Under the pieces are notes generated by a model, which was given only the letters and a program-made list of their open reading frames with translations, had not been told where the DNA came from and ran no database searches. DNA of 64,000 bases from Alphaproteobacteria bacterium (lineage in GTDB: Bacteria; Pseudomonadota; Alphaproteobacteria; Sphingomonadales; JAKSBY01), in assembly GCA_021774625.1 (NCBI GenBank), contig JAJFIV010000008.1:111392-175391 (forward strand), given 5' to 3'. Shown one piece after another: positions 56,812 to 64,000 of this stretch (the first letter of the stretch is position 1; the number at the start of each line of letters is the position of its first letter). A program made the translations under genes and the position numbers.

Positions 56812-58431
56812 ATGCCAAATATTCTACGCAGGCTGTCTTTGCTGGCAGCAATCAGCGCCGCGCTTCTGGCCGCGCCATCGGGTTTCGCGCAGGATTCCCC
56901 TGCAGCTGCGGTCGATCCGGCGCCGAACCGCGCTGAAGGCGACGGTCCTTTTGACCGGCTGGTGATCCGCGGCGGATATCTGATTGACGGCACCGGCGCG
57001 CCGCTTCAGGGCCCGGTCGATATTGTCGTTGAAAATAATAGAATCACCGAAGTGCGCGTTGTCGGCTCGCCGAAAGTGCCCATTGATCCGGAAGGCAGAC
57101 CCGAGCCCGGTCAGCGGGAAATTGATGCGCAAGGCATGTATATCCTGCCCGGTTTTATCAACGCCCATGCCCATGTCAGCAATCCCGGTCAGGCCCGGTT
57201 CGGCAAAGCGGCCCCCGCCGAATATGCCTATAAACTCTGGATGGGCCATGGCGTCACCACCGCCCGTGTGGTCGGCACCGGGGTCAGCCGCGAATGGGCA
57301 CTGCGTGAAAAAACCCGCAGCATCTCCAGCGCCATTACGGCCCCGCGTCTGTCCTATCACATGAGTTTCCCTGGCGGCATGACGCCGGATGAGGCCCGCA
57401 TCTGGGTGCGGGATCTCGCCCGCGACGGCGCCGACGGCATCAAGTTTTTCGGCGGCCCGCCGGATGTCATGGAAGCGGCCATTGACGAAGCCAACAAACG
57501 CGGCCTGAAGACCGCCATGCATCACGCCCAGCTGGCGGTCACCCGCTGGAATGTGCTGGATTCGGCCCGCGCCGGTCTGACCTCCATGGAACACTGGTAC
57601 GGCCTGCCTGAGGCGTTGTTTGAAGACAGGCGCATCCAGCATTATCCGGCCGATTACGTTTATCACGACGAACAGCACCGCTTTGGCGAGGCCGGACGGC
57701 TGTGGCGGCAAGCGGCAAAACCCTATTCCGAAAAATGGAATGCGGTGATGGAGGAATTGCTCAGCCTGGATTTCACGCTCGATCCGACCTTCACCATTTA
57801 TGAAGCGGCCCGCGATGTGATGGCCGCCCGGACCCAGGAATGGCTGGCCGATTACACCTGGCCGACCCTGGAACGTTTCTTCCGCCCCAGCCGGGTCGCG
57901 CACGGCTCGTTCTGGTTTGATTGGACCACCCAGGATGAGATTGACTGGAAGGAAAATTACCGGCTGTGGATGACCTTCATCAATGAATATAAAAACCGCG
58001 GCGGCCGGGTCACCGTCGGCGATGATGCCGGCTTTATCTATAAGCTTTATGGCTTTGGTTATATCCGCGAATTCGAGCTGTTGCAGGAAGCCGGCTTTCA
58101 CCCGCTGGAGGTGATCACCGCCGCGACCCTGCATGGCGCGGAACTGCTTGGCCGGGACGCCGACATCGGCACCGTCGAGAAAGGCAAGCTTGCCGATCTC
58201 ATTATAGTGCCGGAAAACCCCTTGCAGAATTTCAAAACCCTGTATGGCACCGGCGCCGTGCGCCTCAATGATGAAACCGATCAGGTGGAACGCGTCGGCG
58301 GCGTGCGCTGGACCATCAAGGACGGCATTGTTTATGACGCCCGCGGGCTGCTGCAGGACATCCGGCAGATGGTCGCGGATGAGCATGTGCGGGAAGCGGA
58401 AATGACGCAATCATCGACGGAGAGCGAATAA
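56812..58431 (+). CDS. Secreted amidohydrolase family protein
   Basis: Signal peptide; PGFINAHAHV metal-binding motif and a C-terminal amidohydrolase pattern (GKLADLIIV). Confidence 0.85.
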   Translation: MPNILRRLSLLAAISAALLAAPSGFAQDSPAAAVDPAPNRAEGDGPFDRLVIRGGYLIDGTGAPLQGPVDIVVENNRITEVRVVGSPKVPIDPEGRPEPGQREIDAQGMYILPGFINAHAHVSNPGQARFGKAAPAEYAYKLWMGHGVTTARVVGTGVSREWALREKTRSISSAITAPRLSYHMSFPGGMTPDEARIWVRDLARDGADGIKFFGGPPDVMEAAIDEANKRGLKTAMHHAQLAVTRWNVLDSARAGLTSMEHWYGLPEALFEDRRIQHYPADYVYHDEQHRFGEAGRLWRQAAKPYSEKWNAVMEELLSLDFTLDPTFTIYEAARDVMAARTQEWLADYTWPTLERFFRPSRVAHGSFWFDWTTQDEIDWKENYRLWMTFINEYKNRGGRVTVGDDAGFIYKLYGFGYIREFELLQEAGFHPLEVITAATLHGAELLGRDADIGTVEKGKLADLIIVPENPLQNFKTLYGTGAVRLNDETDQVERVGGVRWTIKDGIVYDARGLLQDIRQMVADEHVREAEMTQSSTESE

Positions 58432-58537
58432 AAATAATTTCCTGCTTGGCAGGGCGGAAATTCCTTTGCTATAAGGGCCGCCGCTGTAAAGCGCACGAGT
58501 TTCACGGGCGGCGCGCAAGATTGCGCATATCCCCTGA

Positions 58538-58613
58538 TCCCCGGTAGCTCAGTTGGTAGAGCAGGCGGCTGTTAACCGCCTTGTCGCTGGTTCGAGTCCG
58601 GCCCGGGGAGCCA
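58538..58613 (+). tRNA. tRNA-Asn (GTT)
   Basis: Acceptor TCCCCGG/CCGGGGA, D arm GCTC-AGTTGGTA-GAGC, anticodon stem GGCGG/CCGCC with loop CTGTTAA, T arm GCTGG-TTCGAGT-CCGGC, discriminator G, encoded CCA. Confidence 0.92.
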
Positions 58614-58618
58614 AAAAA

Positions 58619-58650
58619 GCCCGGAAGGTATAATGCCTTCCGGGTTTTGT
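58619..58650 (+). terminator. Rho-independent terminator after tRNA-Asn
   Basis: CCCGGAAGG (58620-28) / CCTTCCGGG (58636-44), 7-nt loop, then TTTTGTCTTTTT. Confidence 0.75.
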
Positions 58651-58875
58651 CTTTTTACATGCAAATGCATCGACATCTTTCATGAAAACCCCGGACATCA
58701 GAAACTGTTGCTGGCCGATTCGGGCAATCTGCGGCTTTTGCAGCGGCGGAACTTCCGGTTTCCATCTCGGGAATTTTTCGAACAGGCCGCTCTTTCAACA
58801 ACAATCGCAAGGGAGACCGTATCAATAACCGCGATGCCTGAGCGTATTTCCATGCAGAATAGGGAAATCTGGCAA

Positions 58876-58915
58876 AGTGAAACCCGCGGGAGGATAGTTT
58901 CCTGCGGGTTTCACT
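58876..58915 (-). terminator. Hairpin terminator downstream of the S9 peptidase gene
   Basis: AGTGAAACCCGC (58876-87) / GCGGGTTTCACT (58904-15), a 12-bp stem lying 23 nt past the stop at 58938. It is followed on the minus strand by TTTG. Confidence 0.55.
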
Positions 58916-58937
58916 GTTTACTTGTCAGTTGCCGATA

Positions 58938-61028
58938 TTATTCAGCTCCTGCCCCGGAAGCGACTTCTGTTTCAGCGCCACCCTTATCCTCATGCGCCGG
59001 GTCATACATTTTGAACCACTTCATCAGATAGAGCTGACGGCGGAGATAGTTGGAGGGGATGGAGCCGGTGCCGTGATACTCGCCCTTCACTTCGAGATAT
59101 TTGGTCGGCACGCCGAGATATTTCAGGATCGCATACATCTGCTTGCCCTGCTGATCCGGGGTCCGGCGGTCGAGATCGCCGGCCATGAACAAGGTCGGCG
59201 TGGTCACATTTTCCGAATGCATGATCGCCGAATGCTCGTACCATTGGGTCGGATCTTCCCAGAACGGCTTTTCAAAGAAATTGATCATCCAGCCCGACAC
59301 ATCCGTCGTGCCCACCATGCCGATCCAGTCGGTGACCGGGCAACGGGAAACTGCCGCCTTAAAGCGGTCTGTATGAGTAATTACCCATGCGGTCAGAATG
59401 CCGCCGCCGGAACAGCCAGTGACAAACATCCGGTTTTCATCCACATAACCCTGATCGATCATATAATCCACGCCGCCCATCAGATCCGCGAAATCACGGG
59501 GACCGGGATAGATATTCTCGATGGCGGCGGCGAAATCCTCGCCGTAACCGGTCGAGCCGCGGGGATTGGTGAACAGCACCACATAGCCTTCGGCGGCAAA
59601 ATGGTGGAACATGAAATTATAGGCCGAGCGATACATGCCATGTGGACCGCCATGGATCATTAGAACCAGAGGATATTTTTTCGACGAATCGAAGTCCGGC
59701 GGCAGCACGGCCCAGCCCTGAGCCCGGGTGCCTTCGGTCGAATCATACCAGAATTCTATGGTTTCCGATTGATCCACGCCCGCCAGCACATCGCCGTTCA
59801 CATTGGTCAGCCGGGTGAAATTACCGCCATCCGCGAGGTCGAAACGAACGACATCCGGCATTATATCGGCAGTGGTCTGGGTCCCCACCGCAATGCGGCC
59901 GCGGTCGGAAACATTGGAAAGGAAAATATTCTGATCCCCTGTCGTTACGTCGCGCACATTGCCGTTCATGCCGGTATAGTGAATGTTGCGGTCGCCTTCC
60001 TTGTCGAGCGCAAAGTAAATACCGCGCGAATTGGCGGCCCAGGTCAGCGACGCCGGGTCCGACGCAAGATCGCCCGCAACGCGGCGCTGACCGGTTCCGT
60101 CCGCATTCACCACGTAAAGATTCGAATGCCGATAACTCATGACCGATTCGTGGTAGGCCGTGAACGCAATCATCTCGCCATTGGGTGAGAAGACCGGGCT
60201 GCGCGCGCCGATGCTGTTATCGGTCAGTTGAGTGACTTCACCCGAACCCACATCGACTGCATAAATATAGCTTTCGGTAAAACGGCGGCCGTCATCTTCC
60301 TCGGCCAGACCGTCAAAGGTAATCTTGCTGCCGTCAGGCGACCAGGAAAGGTCGGCAGGTCCGCGAATGGCGCCCAACCCGCGGCCGTTGGCATGCCAGT
60401 TGCCATGGGTGATCTGGCGCGGCGTGCCCCCGTCAGCCGTGACCACAAAAATATGATCATAGCCGTTATTCATCGGGCCGATGCGATCCTGGTGCCAGAG
60501 AAAGGTTTCAATCACCAGCGGGTCCTCTTTCCATTTGGCGCCGGCAGGCTTGCCGGGAAGCTTCACTGTAAAGTCTGACTTGTGTGGCACCCGTGACATA
60601 AAGGCGATTTCCTGCCCATTCGGCGACCAGAAAATACCGCGCGGTTCTTCCGTTCCATAAGTGACCTGGCTGATCGCCCCTTCATTATCCATCCAGCGGA
60701 TAAAAATCTGCGGCTTGCCGGCATCATCCGGGGCGATAAAGGCAAGGCGTGAACCATCCGGCGACCACCGGGCGTTGCCGCCCTTGTCCAGCAGTTGCCG
60801 GTTTCTCGTCCCGTCTGCATTCATGATCCAGAGGGCCGCTGAGCGCCCATCCTTCATTTTATCGATATGCGAGCGGGTATAGATAATTTTCGACCCATCC
60901 GGCGAAATCTGCGGATCGCCCACAGATTCAATATCCAGATAGGTTTCAAGTTTCAGATTATCCGCAAAAGCCGTGCCTATCGGCAGAATTAGCAAAGCGG
61001 CCAGCGCTGTCAGAATGCGTCGCGACAT
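58938..61028 (-). CDS. Secreted S9 family serine peptidase (beta-propeller plus prolyl-oligopeptidase catalytic domain)
   Basis: RBS AGGAGGGA. Signal peptide MSRRILTALAALLILPIGTAFA. PD40-like repeats; catalytic GCSGGG (GxSxG); GGPHG. Confidence 0.9.
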   Translation of the reverse strand: MSRRILTALAALLILPIGTAFADNLKLETYLDIESVGDPQISPDGSKIIYTRSHIDKMKDGRSAALWIMNADGTRNRQLLDKGGNARWSPDGSRLAFIAPDDAGKPQIFIRWMDNEGAISQVTYGTEEPRGIFWSPNGQEIAFMSRVPHKSDFTVKLPGKPAGAKWKEDPLVIETFLWHQDRIGPMNNGYDHIFVVTADGGTPRQITHGNWHANGRGLGAIRGPADLSWSPDGSKITFDGLAEEDDGRRFTESYIYAVDVGSGEVTQLTDNSIGARSPVFSPNGEMIAFTAYHESVMSYRHSNLYVVNADGTGQRRVAGDLASDPASLTWAANSRGIYFALDKEGDRNIHYTGMNGNVRDVTTGDQNIFLSNVSDRGRIAVGTQTTADIMPDVVRFDLADGGNFTRLTNVNGDVLAGVDQSETIEFWYDSTEGTRAQGWAVLPPDFDSSKKYPLVLMIHGGPHGMYRSAYNFMFHHFAAEGYVVLFTNPRGSTGYGEDFAAAIENIYPGPRDFADLMGGVDYMIDQGYVDENRMFVTGCSGGGILTAWVITHTDRFKAAVSRCPVTDWIGMVGTTDVSGWMINFFEKPFWEDPTQWYEHSAIMHSENVTTPTLFMAGDLDRRTPDQQGKQMYAILKYLGVPTKYLEVKGEYHGTGSIPSNYLRRQLYLMKWFKMYDPAHEDKGGAETEVASGAGAE

Positions 61029-61093
61029 GGTTTCCCTCCTGTTGAGACTCGTGATCAAAGGAGAATAGCGGAGATTAAGCCTGAACGGAAGCA

Positions 61094-63298
61094 TTAAGGG
61101 GACGTCCTGAATGAGTAAAGTGTAGCAGACCTGACAGCATCTAAGGTTTCGAGGGGGGGCTTTTTGAGATATTTTGACTGTTCCAGCGCCTTTTTAGCTG
61201 CTTCACCAAAAACCAGTGGCGGGTAGGATTCTATCAATTGAACATCCATTGGGTCTCCATCATCGTCCACAACGAACTCATACACCGCCCATCCCTGAAT
61301 CCCCGCTCGGAGCGCATCTTTCGGATAAAGTGGTATTCTCATTTTGTCTGCATATGCCTTCCATTTCAGATCGTTGCCGGCGGTTGGCCCGGCGGATGCA
61401 TAAGCAAAATACTCAGATGCTTTAGCTTTTTCATCGTTTTCAAGAGCGATGTCTCCCAATCCCATATACGCGAAACGTCTTATGGGGCTTGTCTCATCCA
61501 AATACGCCACAGGCAAATCTGTAATACGCTGCAGAATTGGCTTTGCCGCCCCAAGCCCGTCTGCCCTGATTTTGCTTTCCGCCAAAATCGCAAGAGCCCG
61601 GGCCATAGTGCTGGATTCCACCGAATTGCTTTGATCGACCATGGTCAAAATATCGTTAAGATGGTCTTCGGCTGTATCTCTATTCCATTGATATCGCCCC
61701 GAAAAATATATACCGACATTCAACTTGGCTTGCATAATCTCCATGCGTGGCCGTTGATACTCTTCCAAAATTTCTATCAAGCGTTCAAACTGATTAAATG
61801 CTTTTCGATCATGGCCGACCAAGGCAGCACAATATGCATAATCCCAGTGGGCGCCAACTACCATATCTTCCGGGACTGCCGCGGATTTTTCCGCTACCTT
61901 GATTGCGCGCCTCAAGTACCTCTGGGCCGTATTGGAATCCGTAGCCAGGATAGCGAGGCGGCCTATATTCCTATAATATGCAACGAGTTCCGGTGCATCA
62001 ACACCAAGAGCGTTTCGTGCAACATCCGTTGCCTTGAGGTATTGGTCAATAAGCGCCGTTATATCGCCAGGCTTGTCAAAATCTGCTTCGAGTGCGAGTG
62101 CTTCAATTGAAGCCAGTTCCTTCTGCAACGCAGGATCAGCTCTGGATTCAAGAGGCAACAGTTCTTCTACATCGCCAAAATCAGTTACCCTCCATGTATT
62201 TTCACGGAGTTCACGAAGTTGTGGTGACATACATCCCAACTGCAACCGAACACCAGCCCGTTTTGCAAATTCCATCTTTGTGAATTCGGTCGGAAACCGC
62301 CAGTCTTTCATGACCTCGTATATGGATCTTTCATCAACACCAGTTGGTGATGAATAAATGATAGCGGGGTCAGCTGCAGAGCCATCTTCTGTGATACTGA
62401 ATTCAACGACTGTGGATGTGTAGATTGGGAGCCCCGCCTGATCCACTGAACATGTTGGTAATTTTACCTTAAAGTCGGTGAATTTCTTAGGTTGGATAAT
62501 GCCAACACCGGCCTTGGTATAATTGGTGACCATGTCATCTTCTCGACCCATTAAACCATACAAAAGGCCGGTATCCTGCAGGTAACTGCGCATGAGCCAT
62601 GTTATGGCTGCTTTTTTGAAACTAATGTTTTTTCTGGCGTCGATGTAAAGTTGCTCGGCATCATCAAGATTGCCATGCACCAACTCAAGCCGTGCCCTTA
62701 GAATTTTTGTGAGGGCACGGCGGGTATCATCACGGGCAAAATGTTTGTCGGCCAGCCGTTTGGCTTCATCCAGGCTGCGACGAGCCCCTTCATAATCGGG
62801 TAGCATAGCAATGCTTGCATAGTTGAAATGAGCCTGGAACAGTTTTTCCGGCGCCGCAGCCGGATTCTTTTCATATATTCTTAGTGCAAGCGCGGACATA
62901 TCCTTCGCACTCTGAAAATCAAACAGCGCCTTTTGAACCGAAGCTACATTGGTGGCCATTGCGGCCAGATCGGGGCTATCTTTAGGAAGTCTTTTTTCCA
63001 GAATGCGCCATGCAGCCTGAAAGAGAGGCTCCGCCTCGTCATATTCTGCGAGGCCGAAATAAATATTCCCCAAGGAATTGGCCAGATAACCATAATCCTC
63101 GCCATGTTCCCCATAAAGGCTGACATACGATTCAAGCGCCTGTTCCGCTAATGGCTGCGCTTCAGCAAATTTACCTTCACTCAATAGCGCATTGGATTTA
63201 TAAAAACCGTCAAGCCATTCATCGTCAGGGGATGGAACATCTTCAGCAAAAACAGGTTTGATCAATAACAAGGAAATAATAAAGATTAAGAAACGCAT
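61094..63298 (-). CDS. Secreted TPR-like repeat protein with two TonB-C-terminal-like domains
   Basis: Start at MRFLIFIISLLLIKPVFA (63298). Helical-repeat regions. Internal TVVEFSITEDGSAADPAIIYSSP...VMKDWRF and C-terminal YPKDALRAGIQGWAVYEFVVDDDGDPMDVQLIESYPPLVFGEAAKKAL resemble TonB_C. GC is about 42-50% in three hand-counted 60-nt samples, against about 57% in a uvrB sample. Confidence 0.75.
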   Translation of the reverse strand: MRFLIFIISLLLIKPVFAEDVPSPDDEWLDGFYKSNALLSEGKFAEAQPLAEQALESYVSLYGEHGEDYGYLANSLGNIYFGLAEYDEAEPLFQAAWRILEKRLPKDSPDLAAMATNVASVQKALFDFQSAKDMSALALRIYEKNPAAAPEKLFQAHFNYASIAMLPDYEGARRSLDEAKRLADKHFARDDTRRALTKILRARLELVHGNLDDAEQLYIDARKNISFKKAAITWLMRSYLQDTGLLYGLMGREDDMVTNYTKAGVGIIQPKKFTDFKVKLPTCSVDQAGLPIYTSTVVEFSITEDGSAADPAIIYSSPTGVDERSIYEVMKDWRFPTEFTKMEFAKRAGVRLQLGCMSPQLRELRENTWRVTDFGDVEELLPLESRADPALQKELASIEALALEADFDKPGDITALIDQYLKATDVARNALGVDAPELVAYYRNIGRLAILATDSNTAQRYLRRAIKVAEKSAAVPEDMVVGAHWDYAYCAALVGHDRKAFNQFERLIEILEEYQRPRMEIMQAKLNVGIYFSGRYQWNRDTAEDHLNDILTMVDQSNSVESSTMARALAILAESKIRADGLGAAKPILQRITDLPVAYLDETSPIRRFAYMGLGDIALENDEKAKASEYFAYASAGPTAGNDLKWKAYADKMRIPLYPKDALRAGIQGWAVYEFVVDDDGDPMDVQLIESYPPLVFGEAAKKALEQSKYLKKPPLETLDAVRSATLYSFRTSP

Positions 63299-63378
63299 AA
63301 CCACCCTCCCACGCTTGCTTGGCCGATATTTACCAAACTCAGGGTGGCATGACAATAGAATGCCTTATTAAATCGCCA

Positions 63379-63750
63379 TTACCCTTTCTGCAAATCCTGA
63401 AACAGCATCAGTCCGTTGCCGTCCGGATCGAAAAAGGTCAGCAGTTTGACCATGCCCTCGATCACCATGATGTCGCCGTCAAAAGCCACATCATGTTCGG
63501 CCAGGGACGCTTTTGCCTCTTCGATGTCGACAACGCCCCATGTGGGAACGGGTCCGCCGGCCGGCACTTCCTCCACCTGTCCGAGGCCAATATTGACTTT
63601 TTCCACCGGCGAGGACAGCTCGCACCAGCCCCTGTCTTCCAGTTTATATAACAGCTCACAGCCGAGAACCTTTTGATACCAGTCAATGGACCGGTCGAGA
63701 TCGGTCACCTTCATGGCGATCGTCAAACCCGGATCATAATTCAGCCCCAT
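63379..63750 (-). CDS. VOC (glyoxalase) family protein
   Basis: IAMKVTDLDRSIDWYQKVLGCEL...LTFFDPDGNGLMLFQ. Confidence 0.8.
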   Translation of the reverse strand: MGLNYDPGLTIAMKVTDLDRSIDWYQKVLGCELLYKLEDRGWCELSSPVEKVNIGLGQVEEVPAGGPVPTWGVVDIEEAKASLAEHDVAFDGDIMVIEGMVKLLTFFDPDGNGLMLFQDLQKG

Positions 63751-64000
63751 ATTTACCTCCGCTTTTTTACCGCCTGTTTCAGCGCTCTTCCGAAAATAGG
63801 CCTTTAGTTAGTCTGATATTTATACTATGTATATTTTTGATTTTGCAAGCAAGATTTCGCTCTGCCCGCAGCCCGGTTATTACAAATATACAGCGGTCAT
63901 CGGTAAGCCGGCAGAGCCATAATTGTGTAGGACTTTGCGTGAGTTTCGACTTTTTAATCCAATTGACCCACAGGCGCTGGGCGCTGGAAATTTTAGCCGT

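Noticed and set aside
58651-58860. Small Cys-rich minus-strand ORF (METGSSAAAKAADCPNRPATVSDVRGFHERCRCICM) in the 290-bp gap after tRNA-Asn. This gap could also have held integrase remnants.
   Set aside because: It has no convincing RBS and no recognisable family, and its composition looks like non-coding sequence. No integrase or att-like repeat of either tRNA 3' end was seen.
63939-64000. Possible start of a + strand gene at the right edge (V/M-SFDFLIQLTHRRWALEILAV), reminiscent of HxlR-type HTH regulators
   Set aside because: Only about 20 codons are visible, which is too short to support a call.
1-64000. Mobile elements, prophage, CRISPR-Cas, or multi-gene defence islands
   Set aside because: I recognised no transposase, integrase, recombinase, Cas, restriction-modification or phage structural genes in any frame. 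Only the vapBC pair and compositional anomalies hint at horizontal acquisition.

Overview
This is a dense, roughly 57-60% GC (judged by eye) chromosomal segment. Its gene content and synteny are typical of an alphaproteobacterium: uvrB; secDF-yajC; the serS-tatCBA-scpBA-M50 protease-nagZ-SPOR-argS-dgt block; erpA; xthA; valS; a PopZ homologue; tolC; pcm. I call about 65 CDSs, 2 tRNAs (Cys-GCA, Asn-GTT), one SAM-I riboswitch, several intrinsic terminators, a short dispersed REP-like repeat family and several candidate operators. I saw no rRNA, CRISPR array, integrase or transposase. Accessory content: (1) an Hpt / signal-peptide histidine-phosphatase / response-regulator / Hpt operon (2328-4594), next to a large membrane-anchored coiled-coil gene at 2-2191 that is missing from the supplied ORF track. 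(2) A redox/copper-looking cluster (two tandem MBL-fold paralogues, cupredoxin, DUF4142-like, AhpD-like, TetR, UDG) and a vapBC pair. (3) The best candidate for an undescribed system: a four-gene envelope module of unknown function at 35.9-39.9 kb. It encodes a secreted repeat protein, a putative HTH protein, a membrane-anchored beta-rich protein with a charged repeat tail, and an outer-membrane beta-barrel. It is bracketed by two inward-facing promoters whose 17-nt spacers hold the same 17-bp palindrome, GTGGGAAATATTCCCAC. (4) A run of secreted hydrolases (40-48.4 kb). (5) A methionine locus (minimal aspartokinase-homoserine dehydrogenase fusion, SAM-I riboswitch, metX, metB) lying between the two tRNA genes, with the fusion gene's 3' end overlapping tRNA-Cys antisense. 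(6) A low-GC TPR protein with two TonB-C-like domains. All family assignments come from motif recognition by eye. No searches or computations were run.
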